This document shows positions 12,969 to 55,170 of a stretch of DNA of 64,000 nucleotides, in pieces. A program made the position numbers and the translations under genes. This stretch comes from Octopus sinensis (lineage: Eukaryota). The notes under the pieces were generated by a model. It saw only the letters and a list, made by a program, of their open reading frames with translations. It made no database searches and was not told the DNA's origin. Within the stretch, counting starts at the first letter, position 1. Each line of letters starts with the position of its first letter. The stretch lies in contig NC_043015.1 of assembly GCF_006345805.1 (NCBI RefSeq), forward strand, positions 29,078,001 to 29,142,000, written 5' to 3'.

Positions 12969-13880
12969 CCGGGGTCGGCACTATCGTTCATGAGGTGCTC
13001 TCTCTCCCTAGCGTGCAGCTTCCTATCTCGGACATGTGAGCACACGCACAACAGCCAAACACTGCGTCGTTGGAACTGTGAAGCACATAGTTCTATACAA
13101 GGACTTTCGTATTTTTTTCATAAACTAGGGGAAGGCTACTGACATTACGTTTAAGGATTATATAATGTACAAGTATAAAGAAAGAATTAAAGAAAAAAAG
13201 GACCCATTATATTGAATGTTATCGATAATATCGAATGGAAATATGCGGTGTTGCAGTTCTGCAGTGCCTATACACGAACCACCACTGCTCCAAGCACAAG
13301 TTTTGTTCTGTATGTCCGATCCTCCCATTTTTTGAATTGATCTTATGCAGTTTCGTTTCACTGCTATCATATGTGCTATTGTAACTAATCAGAAATTTTA
13401 GCCAATCTTAGTAGTCTGTAAGACAATTTTTCACTACTTAAAAGAAAACACGATCTCTCGCTCTTTTAGCATCACCGAGAGATATGAATAAGGTGTCTCC
13501 TTTTCACTCTTTTGCGAGCAGTTATCTTTTACTTTGATATTGCCTCCGTGAAATAACTTCAACGAAGTTTAAAAACATTTACGTTATCTATTTACTGCTG
13601 AGCATTATCTGCTGGAAAACTTATGTATGTTCAATTTCTATATAATCCTCTCAGCAACATATTACTCTGTTGACTTTTGCAAAACATGAAAACATCTACC
13701 TAATTTTCACAAGCACATTTATGAAAAATCTGCATTGATTGATTTAGATTTGGTTGGTATATTTTATGCCTCAGTTCTGTTCGATTCACAAACCCTGTAC
13801 CATGAATTATTAAATAATTATTGCGTTATTCTACCAACCACATCGGAAGGGTTTTATTTTTCTGTTGGTGTGCCGAAAAT

Positions 13881-14300
13881 GGTGGTAAGTAGCTTGCTTA
13901 CCAACCACATAGTTCTGGGTTCAGTCCCACTGCGTGGCACCTTGGGCAAGTGTCTTCTACTATAGCCTCGGGCCGACCAAAGCCTTGTGAGTGGATTTGG
14001 TAGACGGAAACTGAAAGAAGCCCGTCGTATATATGTATGTATATATATATATGTATATGTATGTGTATGTATATGTTTGTGCGTCTGTGTTTGTCCCCCC
14101 AGCATCGCTTGACAACCGACGCTGGTGTGTTTGCGTCCCCATAACTTAGCGGTTCAGCAAAAGAGACCGATAGAATAAGTACTAGGCTTACAAAGAATAA
14201 GTCCTGGGAGGCGATTTGCTCGACTAAAGGCGGTGCTCCAGCATGGCCGCAGTCAAAATGACTGAAACAAGTCAAGTAAAAGAGTAAAGAGTAAAAAGAG
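13881..14300 (+). mobile_element. tRNA-derived SINE (family A)
   Basis: GGTAAGTAGCTTGC...CCTTGGGCAAGTGTC...internal (TA/TG)n...GGCGGTGCTCCAGCATGGCC...GTAAAAGAG tail; at least 10 copies in the window. Confidence 0.85.
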
Positions 14301-14335
14301 TGTGTTTTTCAACCTGTCATTTCCATAAGTATGTA

Positions 14336-14402
<67 letters not shown>

Positions 14403-14702
14403 GTGTGTGTGTGTGCACACGCATGTGGATACACATGTATGTGTCTTTTCATTTCTGCTTATTCAAAAAGCTCTGAAATACAGGCAGTAGTATTGTCGTC
14501 ATTTCCTTTATCAAGAAATCGGCCATTGGCTTTGGTCCTTCGAAGTCGTATGGAATAAGAGGTCCCTTACTTGAAAAACACATGAGGATTCACAACAGGG
14601 AGGGTGTCCCCTCTTTCAGTTGCCTCAATAATATACTCGTCTAACTCATGCTAGCATGGAAAAAGGAACATAAAATCTAATAATACATACACGTGCGCGC
14701 AT

Positions 14703-14753
<51 letters not shown>

Positions 14754-14854
14754 CGCATACGCACGCACACATGTACGCACGAACGCACACACACATATAT
14801 GTAAGAACTTACTGTGGACAAGGCTGTGTGGTGGTTCAGTTATAAATAATATAT

Positions 14855-14916
<62 letters not shown>

Positions 14917-14959
14917 TATATTATATATATATATATCTATATATATATGCTATATATCA

Positions 14960-15420
14960 GAGGCGATTCAGGTATCAGCGTCACTTTGGCCCATCAGAGA
15001 TTTCGCATAAGACACACGCCTGCTCAAAGAATTTCACGTTTTTCCACAATATTTCTAGCCCCAAATGGCTTATTCTTTATATCTAGCACAATGTCTTTCT
15101 CCATCTCTAAGTTAAGGGTAAAAATAAAGCACCCTTAACTTAGAAATGGAGAAGAAATTGTGCTAGATATAAAGAATAAGCCATTTGGGGCTAGAAATAT
15201 TGGACTCCTTGGACTCTCTTGACGCCACATCACCACAGTTTTCCGGCTGCAAATTGGAGCACCTGCCTCTTCCATGTCCCGAAGGAACCCTACTCTGCGA
15301 TGTTTCTACCGAGTCACCCCGACCCCTCGTTCCTGAGCATCACCGCCGTCCTGTTTTTGACACTCTGCATTCGCTGTCACACCCAGGTATTGCGGCCACA
15401 GTAAAGCTTATCTCGGCTCG
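14960..15420 (+). mobile_element. Gypsy-type LTR retrotransposon pol remnant
   Basis: LCDVSTESPRPLVPEHHRRPVFDTLHSLSHPGIAATVKLISAR (integrase zinc-finger region); degenerate RNase H-like piece at about 14960-15015. Confidence 0.75.
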
Positions 15421-15469
15421 ATAAAAGCGTTGGAACTGCGCCTTGGCTTGAATATTTTTGATTGTGCTT

Positions 15470-16050
15470 TACATAAATTCACTGCATTCATTATACAGTC
15501 TTTGCGTGACCTCCCCCACCACCACCAAAAAAAAAAAAACTTGCAGCATGCTATGTTAACGTTCCGAAATTCGTGAACAAACTTAGAGCGAGAGCATTAA
15601 ACAGACGAGAATTCAGAGAAGACTGCGAACGGTTACATTTAGAATATGACGAGCTTGGCCTTCGTTGTGAAGTTCACTGATTTTTAGAGAAGAGGTTCTG
15701 AGTAGGTTTTGGAAACCGAAAAATAATGTGCATAATTTTCTATAAGAGAAAAACGTGCCTCTTAAAGAAAGAATCCTTTGCTATGATAACAATTAGCTAT
15801 TTGATGTCATTTTTTTTTTGCCAGCCATTTCAACGATCTAAATTTGAAACGGCAGCGCAAGAGCATATTGTTTCCTAGGTTAGATGAAATTTAAATTGTT
15901 CATCTCTCAGCTAGAAAATGAAAATTTGAACCAGAATGAAAGTGTTGAAGATAATAGCAATTTTACAAAATATGTTGAAAAAAAAAAATATCTAGTTATT
16001 GTATTTGAAAGCCGTTTCCGTGATTTTGTTGAGAAGAAAATTGCATGCTC
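15470..16050 (+). mobile_element. hAT (Charlie-like) transposase remnant
   Basis: Degenerate LEYDEL..RCEVH and SHFNDLNLK.Q.K segments across frameshifts. Confidence 0.6.
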
Positions 16051-16113
16051 GTATTTATAAACCCATTTTCACTTAGTGAAGCAAAAAATTCACGAAAATG
16101 CCTAGTAACAGTG

Positions 16114-16214
16114 NNNNNNNNNNNNNNNNNNNNNNNNNNNNNNNNNNNNNNNNNNNNNNNNNNNNNNNNNNNNNNNNNNNNNNNNNNNNNNNNNNNNNNN
16201 NNNNNNNNNNNNNT
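16114..16214. other. assembly gap (run of N)
   Basis: About 100 N. Confidence 0.99.
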
Positions 16215-16389
16215 TCCAGAGAGTCCATGCTTGAAAAAGAAAGGCATTAATAAGTAATATGTATCTCAAAGGTAAAACCACATTATAGAAACAGTTCAAC
16301 TTGCCATTAGAAGAATATTTTCACTAGAATTATTAATTATCTATGCTATTTACATACGCCATATGTGACTGCATATATGTATGTATTCG

Positions 16390-16411
16390 TATCTATCTAT
16401 CTTTCTGTCTG

Positions 16412-16479
<68 letters not shown>

Positions 16480-16481
16480 AC

Positions 16482-16529
<48 letters not shown>

Positions 16530-16614
16530 TTATCTATATATCTCTCTATTGCTATCTCTCTATCTCTCTCTCTCTATCTCTCTATCTATTTATCTATCTA
16601 TCTCTCTATTGCTA

Positions 16615-16647
<33 letters not shown>

Positions 16648-16710
16648 ATTTATCTATATATATATATCTCTATTGCTATCTCTCTCTCTATATATATATC
16701 TATCTATCTA
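16390..16710. repeat. (TATC)n/(TC)n microsatellite
   Basis: Directly visible. Confidence 0.95.
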
Positions 16711-17250
16711 GGTAGCTGTCTATCTAACATACATGCATACATACATATATATTTATATGTATGTATGCATGTATGTATATATATATATATATATATATAT
16801 ACATACACACACATACAAATATATATACATACATATGTGTGTGTGTGTATATATATACACACACATATATATACATACATATATTTTTACACATACACAA
16901 ACACACATACATATTGTTTTTTTATGATGGCCTTCTCCACTAATTAGTTTGTTTGTTTTTACTGCGGGAAATGGACAAGTTTTTGCCATAAAATAGACCG
17001 AAGTCTCGTGAGTGGATTTAGTAGGTTTGGTAGATGGAAGCTGAAAAAAAGCTTATTGCATGTATGTGTTTGTGTGTGTGCGTATGTGTTTCCTTGTCTA
17101 GACATCATCTGATGTTGTGATGGATGTCATTCAACTTTAATATTCTGCAAAATTATGTCTGGCCATGGGAAAATATTACCTTACTTGGAAATACACACTT
17201 TATCATCATAATCATCATTATCATATATAATATATCTTATCTTTGTGTTA

Positions 17251-17480
17251 TTAACCCTTTCATTATTAACCCGGTTGAAACCGGCACTGGCTCTGTAGTA
17301 CAAATGTCTTGTTTTCATAAGTTTTGAATTAAAATCTTCCACCAAACCTTTGTCATAATTTATGTTCCTAACACTAGCTTAATGATAACTAAGTTATTTT
17401 ACTGAATTATTTGTTATATTTAAAGTAATTGAGAAAAAAAACAGAGCAGCTCAAAATAAATACGGTAACAAAAGGGTTAA
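17251..17480. mobile_element. piggyBac-like MITE (TTAA sites, CCCTTT termini)
   Basis: TTAACCCTTT...AAAGGGTTAA; related copies at 25861-26089, 26245-26472, 52058-52390 and 23471-23698. Confidence 0.75.
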
Positions 17481-17530
17481 AGTAAGAAGTTCTCTATCTG
17501 TTCCTCCCATTAATATCTCCATATAACCCA

Positions 17531-17911
17531 GGAGGTGCAATGGCCCAGTGGTTAGGGCAGTGGACTCACGGTCATAGGATCGCAGTTTCGATTCCCAGAC
17601 CGGGCGTTGTGAGTGTTTATTGAACGAAAACACCTAAAAGCTCCACGAGGCTCCGGCAGGGATGGTGGTGATCCCTGCTGTACTCTTTCACCACAACTTT
17701 CTCTCACTCTTACTTCCTGTTTCTGTTGTACCTGTATTTCAAAAGGCTGGCCTTGTCACTCTCTGTGTCACACTGAATATCCCCGAGAACTACGTTAAGG
17801 GTACACGTGTCTGTGGAGTGCTCAGCCACTTACACGTTAATTTCACGAGCAGGCTGTTCCGTTGATCGGATCAACCGGAACCCTCATTGTCGTAACCGAC
17901 GGAGTGCTTCT
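17531..17911 (+). mobile_element. tRNA-derived SINE (family B), full length
   Basis: Same family as 5003-5391; 10-bp target duplication ATATAACCCA at 17521-17530 and 17912-17921. Confidence 0.85.
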
Positions 17912-18381
17912 ATATAACCCATTTCTTAATTAGAAAAATGTCCCAAACAATATACCTTTGCTTTACTACTTATAAAATACATTATAATAACATGAAATAC
18001 AAATATTTCCAAATCTTTAATCATTTAACAGATTTCCGAAACTGTTCCATAAAAAAAAAATTTGTTTTAAATGAAAATTGAGTAATTGGTTGGGTTGTTT
18101 GTAAGATACAGTTTAATATTTCATTGCCTCTAGAATTTCTTTGATTCCAGTTGCTACTTTGGTAATGTGTGTTTATGTTTCCTCTCGTACTAAACTACCA
18201 GTTCCAACTACTTACCAGACAAGAACTAATACTAACTTTAGTGCCATAACTAAGCTTTATCTTACTCCAGTTACATTGGTAGTTTTCAATTCTATTTTAT
18301 TCAAAGAACAATTCTCAGATTCCATGCTTTTTCCTCTCATTGTTTCCATTTCATTGAATTCTTGTATTTCTCTGGTTTCAG

Positions 18382-47129
<28,748 letters not shown>

Positions 47130-49390
47130 TTGTTAACTGGGGTTGTGTAAGTTTGCCAGTAAAAAATAGTGAATTTATGCACAGTTTTGTTCACGAGGAA
47201 GAAAACCATTAGGAAAAAAAAAAATTTAAAAGAACTGACAGGAAGTTACGGAATGATCCAAAGAGCCAAATAAAGAAATCAACTGAGAACCTTTTTTTTT
47301 TTTCTTCTTCTTTAAGACACTCTCACAAATTAATTTCTACACTCTGAACAAAAAGAAAACAAAAGAAAATGTACAGAAAATTTTAAAAAATAATAAACTA
47401 AAAAGCTGGAAGTATCATCAGAATTTTTAAAAAAATAAGGTCTTTACATGAAAAGACAACTCAGAAAAAAAAAAAACAAGTTATTTTTGTCATTACGAAA
47501 AATAAAATTACATTTTCTCTTATTGTGGTTGTTTTCCACTAAAACTAATTTCCACCTATGGAAATCAAAATATCTTGGTCTCCTTTCCTTCCCTAAAATA
47601 TCTTCACAAAAATTTCATCTCCTTTTTTTTTCGCTGATCAATTCTTTATCTCTTGTGTATATGTGTGTGTATATGTGTGTTGTTTTGATTTCTTCCGTTA
47701 CATCACGTAAATGTGTGTGTGTGTGTGTGTATGATGAAGATTATGGCTGAGAGCAACCTGCTAAAGAATATGGAAAAATAATTGAAGAAAACGAAGCAAA
47801 GATGTGAATAAATGAGAATGAACTAAAATAGAAAGAGTGAAGAAAGTAAAGACAAAAGTGGGAGTGAAAAATGTTATAAATGATTTTAAGAAACAATGAA
47901 AAAAAAAACAATTTTTTTTTTAAATTTGGAATTTAAGAAAAAGATTTATTGAAAGTTCAAAAAAATTATAAATACAAAAAAAACCAATCTTTTACAAGCA
48001 CAATGTTTTTTTGTTTTTTTTTTCAAAATTTTATTGAAAATATTTTTTCCTTTCCCATACCATTTATTGTTATTGGACAACAACAACTGTTGTCCTTTCA
48101 AAAATGAATTAAAAAACATAGTTCCAGAAAAACTGGGAAATTTTTTGTGTAAAGACAGTTAATATTTCACAAATCTTTCAAATAATGGGCAACAATATTT
48201 TACAATACAGAACAAAGTTTGTTGGATTGTTTTAATATATTTAATAATGGCTAAAAATCCTTTGAAAAATATATACCGTACCGCAATGCCTGACCAACCA
48301 ACCAACTCACCGACTCATCAAACTAATTTAATTTATCAATAGACATCTTTTTTTTTTTTTAAAACAATTGATATTTTATTGTCTTTTTTTTTTTTGTCAA
48401 AATCTCAACTAATTTGAAATCTTGAAACGGTGTTATAAAAAAAAAAGGGGGTAAAAAAACAAAAACGAAAAAGAAAAAAAAAGCTGTTTATTGTTAATAA
48501 TTCAAACTTGCTAGCTGGCTGGCATTTGAGAAATAGTTATGTTGAGGTTAAGAACCTTTAAGTTATGAAGCACAGATTACAAAAAAGAAAAAAAAAACAA
48601 AAACAAAACAAAAGACTAAATATTTGGAAGGAATCTTTCCTTGATACATTGATGTTATTCACAGGAAGACATCAGAATTATGCACAAAAAACAAAAAAAT
48701 GGAAAAAATATCAAGTTATACTTTTAATGATTACTTGGTTTTTGGTTGTTTTTTTTTTTACTAGAACATTATTACTTAAGAATAAATTGTAATTAAAGAT
48801 ATTAAAAAATATATATATATTCCTTTTCACTTTTTTTCCTCCCTTACCCGAGTTTTTCAAATGTTATACTGTTCAACTTTGAAAAAAAAAACCAAAAAAA
48901 AAACAGATTATTAAATGATAAGAAAAACTTTTTTTTTTCAGCAAATAGTCACTATTTTGACTAAGTGCATTTTATTATGAAATAAAATAGACTATTTCTT
49001 TTGAAAGTGAATATTTTTTTGGTTCAAGACTTTGTTTTGATGTGTAATTAATATGAACTGAAAAGAAAAATAATTGAATTAATTTTTTAATTTTTTTTAA
49101 TAGGAGATTACGGAGATGTACTTGCATAGCAAGTGATTTGATCTGAGATCGTGTGCTGAAACGAAAACAATTGCAGCGTGGAAGGTGTTTGTAAGCCATT
49201 TAAGAAACACACAAAAGCCAGTCGATTCACTTCAACATTTAAGTTTAATTTGTCAAAATATTTTCGTCGCTTTAAGACCGTGACCTGTTCACTGACAAAA
49301 ATCTGTGCTGCATCTAAGACAGTAACAGTTGGTTCATTATATATATGTACGTATGTATGTGTGTATGTATGCATGTATGTATGTATGTGA

Positions 49391-49730
49391 AGGCGCATGG
49401 CTCAGTGGTTAGAGCATCGAGCTTACGATCGTGAGGTTGTGAGCTCGAATCCCGGACCGGGCTGCGTGTTGTGTTCTTGAGCAAGGCACTTTATTTCACG
49501 TTGCTCCAGTTCACTCAGCTGTAGAAATGGGTTGCGACATCACTGGTGCCAAGCTGTATCGACCTTTGTCTTTCCCTTGGATAACACTGGTGGTGTGGAG
49601 AGAGGAGGCTGGTATGCATGGGCGACTGCTGGTCTTCCATAAACAACTTTGCCCGGACTTGTGTCTAGGAGGGTAACTTTCTAGGTGCAATCCCATGGTC
49701 ATTCATGACCGAAGGGGTCTTTACCCTTTA
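49391..49730 (+). mobile_element. tRNA-derived SINE (family D)
   Basis: tRNA-like head GGCGCATGGCTCAGTGGTTAGAGC...TCGAATCCC, core TGTGTTCTTGAGCAAGGCAC; reverse copies at about 2300-2650 and 34770-35080. Confidence 0.8.
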
Positions 49731-50094
49731 CGTATGTACGCATGTGTGTATGTATGTAATAGGAGATTGTTATGAGGAAATTGGGGAAAGGTTTTCACAG
49801 AATGAAGAAAAAAAGTAAATAAATAAATAATTGTTCTTTACATAAATATGAAACCTTTTTTTTGCTTTCAGGTGAAAGAAATTGTAGAGTTGTGAAGTTT
49901 ATACCTTATAAAGATGCATGATCTAGAGATTAGAAATGTTGAACTCATGATCATAGAGTTATGAGTTCAATTCTTAGGCTAGGTAGTATGTTGTGTTCTT
50001 GAGCAAGACATCATTTCACTCTTGTCCAGTCCACTCCACTGAAAGTGGGTGAGAGCCAAGGTGCTGGTGCATTTCTCTCACACTCCAACAGTCA

Positions 50095-50460
50095 CATCAT
50101 CATCATCATCGTTTAACGTCCACTTTCCATGCTAGCATGGGCTGGACAGTTCGACCGGGGGATCTGGGAAGCCAGAAGGCTGCACCAGGCTCCAGTCTGA
50201 TCTGGCAGTGTTTCGTGTTTCTACAGCTGGATGCCCTTCCTAATGCCAACAACTCCGAGAGTGTAGTGGGTGCTTTTTACGTGCCACCTGCACAGGTGCC
50301 AGGCGAGGCTGGCAACGGCCACGATCGGATTGGTGCATTTTATGTGCCACCGGCACGGAAACCAGTCAAGGCAGCGCTGGCATCGGCCATGATTCGGATG
50401 GTGCTTTTTACGTTCCACCGGCATGGAAGCCAGTCTAGGCGGCGCTGGCATCCTGGATAT
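50095..50460 (+). mobile_element. (CAT)n-associated repeat family E with internal GGTGCTTTTTACGTGCCAC subrepeats
   Basis: Related copies at about 5760-6060, 50600-50850 (-), 55270-55550 and 62145-62520. Confidence 0.75.
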
Positions 50461-51418
50461 TCAGGAGATGAAGAATCGGAATGCCAAGAAGCTGCCTGTG
50501 TCTGCTTTTGATTACATAGGCACCTAAAACAATTGCCAAAAGCAAGGTACATGCTACCAAATCATATTCATATGGGAGCGACAGCTTGTAGTATTTTTTA
50601 GCCCTGTACAGGTGGCACATGAAAAGCACCATTTGAGCATGCCGTTGCCAGTACCACCTGACTGGCCCTTGTGCCAGTGGCATGTAAAAGCACCCACTAC
50701 ACTCTCGGAGTGGTTGGCATTAGGAAGGGCATCCAGCTGTAGAAACTCTGCCAGATCAAGATTGGAGCCTGGTGCAGCCATCTGGTTCACCAGTCCTCGG
50801 TCAAATCGCCAAACCCATGCTAGCATGGAAAACAGACGTTAAACGATTATGATATATTGGTGTGGCTGTGTAGTAAGAGACCCCAGACTTTGGAAAAAAA
50901 AAAAAAACTTTGGTTGTCTTGTTGTAGTCGAGGGCTCTTCGTTGACACCTGACACCACTGGGTGGTGGCCCTCGAAGTCGCTGGAAATGGTGATCTCCAG
51001 GTCCAAATTCTTGGACGGCCACAACTAGGCCTTCATCTATTTGGTATCTCTCAATACTAAATAATTTACTCCTTCATGGCTTCTTTTCAAAATATTGCTG
51101 TTGAGAAAAATGTTTCCTTTTCCCCCAAGAAAAGTTTCATCGATATTAGGTTTCTAAATAGTATTTATCTAAGAACTTAAAACCTACCTGTAATTATTAT
51201 TGATTAAATGCTACAGCGAGATGCATTAACTATTTAGGTCATGACCTCATAACACTGAATTGGCAATGAAGTTTAAAAGAAAAGCAAACAATAAGTGTTT
51301 CTATGTACAAGGCCAGCTGGGAAAGATTTAGTAGATTCCACTAATCCTGGTACTTGACTGGTGTTAAATTTTACTGACCTGGAAGGGGAAAAAAAAGTAT
51401 GCAACGAATATTTAAATA

Positions 51419-51812
51419 GGCGTAGGAGTGGCTGTGTGGTAAGTAGCTTGCTAACCAACCACATGGTTCCGGGTTCAGTCCCACTGCGTGGCATCTTGGG
51501 CAAGTGTCTTCTGCTATAGCCCCGGGTCGACCAATGCCTTGTGAGTGGATTTGGTAGACGGAAACTGAAAGAAGCCTGTCGTATATATGTATGTGTGTGT
51601 ATATGTTTGTGTGTCTGTGTTTGTCCCCCTAGCATTGCTTGACAACCGATGCTGGTGTGTTTACGTCCCTGTCACTTAGCAGTTCGGCAACAAGAGACCG
51701 ATAGAATAAGTACTGGGCTTACAAAGAATAAGTCCCGGGGTTGATTTGCTCGACTAAAGGTGGTGCTCCAGCATGGCCGCAGTCAAATGACTGAAACAAG
51801 TAAAAGAGTAAA
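51419..51812 (+). mobile_element. SINE family A
   Basis: Full-length copy. Confidence 0.85.
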
Positions 51813-52479
51813 TATTATATTAATGAAGTAGCAATTTGGCATGTTATGATTATTCGTTTCTTTAATGTCCATGGTTTGAACAGTTATGTGTTATTGAGCC
51901 ACAGTTTTATAGTTGGATGTCCTTGTTGTCATAAAATCTTGTGAGTTTTAAAGACGAATCCAGATTAAACTCAAACTTGGCAAGTTCCTTGATCCCTTGA
52001 CTGTTAATTTCCAGACAATTCAACATCTACTTATTATTTGTTTTTACACTTTGGTTCTTAACCCTTTCGTTACTATATTTCTGACCAAAATACACCCCTT
52101 ATGTGTTTCAATTAATTTCTAACATAATCATAAATTTAGTCTGGTTTCATTAAACAACTATAACTTTTTTATTTATCAATATATTAACATGATTTTTGGA
52201 AGATAATTTAATGAAATGCTCTCAACCAATTCTGTACTATAATTTTTGTCACAAAGTGACTCTAATTGCAGGTAGATACAGGTAAATAATTTGCTCTGAT
52301 ATTCTCATTTAAATATGAATAGTTAAATATGGACGGCTTGGTCACATGAACCAAAATTTTTTTCGGGTGGTTTGGTAACGAAAGGGTTAATCTGATTGTT
52401 AAAGTACCATTAACCTTTTAGCATTCAGATTACTCTGTCACCTGTAATGCTTATTTATTCACATTGTTTTGAATGAATT

Positions 52480-52649
52480 ACTCTTACTCTCTTTTACTCT
52501 TTTACTTGTTTCAGTCATTTGACTGCGGCCATGCTGGAGCACCGCCTTTAATCAAGCAACTAGACCCCGAGACTTATTCTTTGTAAGCCCAGTACTTATT
52601 GTATCGGTCTCTTTTGCCGAACCGCTAAGTAACGGGGACATAAACACAA

Positions 52650-52680
<31 letters not shown>

Positions 52681-52844
52681 CATATATATACGATGGGCTT
52701 CTTTCAGTTTCCGTCTACCAAATCCACTCACAAGGCTTTGGTTGGCCCGAGGCTATAGCAGAAGACACTTGCCCAAGGTGCCATGCAGTGGGACTGAACA
52801 CGGAACCATGTGGTTGGTAAACAAGCTACTTACCACACAGCCAC
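52480..52844 (-). mobile_element. SINE family A inserted in a TTAA-type MITE
   Basis: Reverse-complement copy; MITE ends near 52411 and 52985 flank it. Confidence 0.8.
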
Positions 52845-54699
52845 AGCTTTGAGATTTTGATATGATTGCTTATTTTTAGAGTGACATCATACGGTAGCTG
52901 TGAGAGGCTGGATTTGAGCTGTTTTGACATAAAACAGATAGAATGTTTGAGCTAGATGTGGCTGGTCTAAGTGCTGAAGGGTTAAAAGATGTTAAGGGTG
53001 AGTCAGCCAGGTGAGCCCTATCTATTCAAACTATCAATCAAAGCCAAACTCATTGGCATGAATCTTTCAAACCTGGATTTCCCCAGAATCCTGGAATTCT
53101 AGTGGTATATAGTTTAATTATATGCAAAGGCGGCGAGCTGGCAGAAACGTTAGCACGCCGGGCGAAATGCTTAGGGGTATTTTGCCGTTACATTCTGAGT
53201 TCAAATTCTGCCGAGGTTGACTTTGCCTTTCATCCTTTCGGGATTGATAAATTAAGTACCAGTTACGCACTGGGGTTGATGTAATCGACTTAATCCCTTT
53301 GTCTATCCTTGTTTGTCCCCACTGTGTTTAGCCCCTTGTGGGCAGTAAAGAAATATATACGCAAAGTCGCTTTTTGTTTTAATTCTGTATCCATAATTAT
53401 ATCACCACACACATGGCTGAAACAAGTAAAAGGGAGAATGAAAAAGTGCAATATTCTTGCTTTTCCATGGTTAGGATGTTAGGCTCAGGATCATAAGATC
53501 ATAGGTTCAATTCCTGGCCTGGGCAGCATGAACAAAACACTATTTCATGTTACTCCAGTGAAGCAAGCCGAAAGTGAGTTCCAATCAGGTGTTGGTATAA
53601 CCCATCCCGCTTCACTTCTCTTTCTCTTCAGTTGTTACATCCTGGATGTTTAACTGAGAAGGATGTGAGGGTATCTATGTCTGCTTAAGGCGGCGAGCTG
53701 GCAGAAACGTTAGCACGTCGGGCGAAATGCTTAGCGGTATTTCGTCTGCCGTTACGTTGTGAATTCAAATTCCGCCAAGGTCGACTTTACCTTTCATCTT
53801 TTCGGGGTCGATAAATTAAGTACCACTTACGCACTGGGGTCGATGTAATCGACTTAATACCTATGTCTGTCCTTGTTTGTCCCCTCTATGTTTAGCCCCT
53901 TGTGGGTAATAAAGAAATAGGTATCTATGTCTGCTTGCAACTACATAGGCACCTAATAAAAAAAATTATGATACACACTACCAGGGGGTTGTGAGACGTA
54001 TGGGGTTGGTACAACCATTCTGGCACCACTGCTTCCTCACTAACTCATTTGATGCAAGACATTTAATTTCTCTCTCATTCTTTCCTTGTCTGTCTGTGGA
54101 AGCACATGGCTTGGTGGCTAAGGTGTTGAACTCGTGATCGTAAGACTGTGGTTTCAATCCCTGGATCGGGCGACACGTTGTGTTCTTGAGCAAAACACTT
54201 CATTTCACGTTGCTCCAGTCCACTCAACTGGCAAAAATGATTAATCCTGCGATGGACTGGCGTTCCATCCAGGTGGGGAATTTCTACACCACTGAAACTG
54301 GGAAACCAGCCCTTATGAGCCTGGCATGGCTCGAAAAGGAACACAGTCCATTCAACTGGCAAAAATGATTAATCCTGCGATGGACTGGCGTCCCGTCCAG
54401 GTGGGGAATTTCTACGCCACTGAAACCATAAAACTGGCCCTTATGAGCCTGGCATGGCTCGAGAAGGAACATATTAGTATCCGTCTCTCCCTCTGTTTAT
54501 GTAAATATATTTTTCTATATATACTGAGGAGAAAGTATATATATGTCAATCATGTTATACACAATACGAATATGAAAACCAACAAGGTAAGTTTTTGGTT
54601 TCAACCTGCTCCATGGTGAATCATACACTCCCTCAAAAAGTGAGACAGTTTATTTTAGGTTGACTCTCGCAGTATAGCATCTTATATAATAATAATAAT

Positions 54700-55170
54700 A
54701 ATAATAATGAAATTATTGTATACAGTGCTCAGGTGCACCACAACTTGTCAGAAAGTGCATATAAAGTACATGCAGCAATGTAGAAATGTCTGGAAAGTGA
54801 ACAATGTATGAGTCAGATACATGCTTGTGTGTGTATGGAGGGGAGAAAATCAAGTGTAGTGTTGGCGAATCTCAGGAAGCATGGAAGTTTTGAAGGATGC
54901 AGTGCTCCAACAACTAACAACTGATGCCGGCAGTTTGTTCCATGCTTCAGCAACTCTCAGCGTGAAAAAATGTTTCCTAAAGTCATGGGAGCTGTGCTGT
55001 TTTCTGACTTTGTAAATATGTCCACGGGTGTTAGATGGGTGGAGTTTGAAGAGGTGCTCAGAGTTATTGTTTGTAAGATGGTTGATAATTTTATGGGTGT
55101 CTGCCAAGTCAGCTGCCAGATGTCGGAGTTTCAGTGTGTTCATGCCCAGGGAAGTTAGTTGTGATTCTAC
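54700..55170 (-). mobile_element. CR1/L2-like LINE 3' fragment
   Basis: ORF ends TRGHIYKVRKQ...RKHFFTLRVAEAWNKLPASVV...SFK, the typical CR1/L2 RT C-terminus. Confidence 0.8.

Noticed and set aside
49391-49465. tRNA gene calls for tRNA-like heads (also 3987, 17531, 41986)
   Set aside because: They run directly into SINE bodies and lack a complete acceptor stem.
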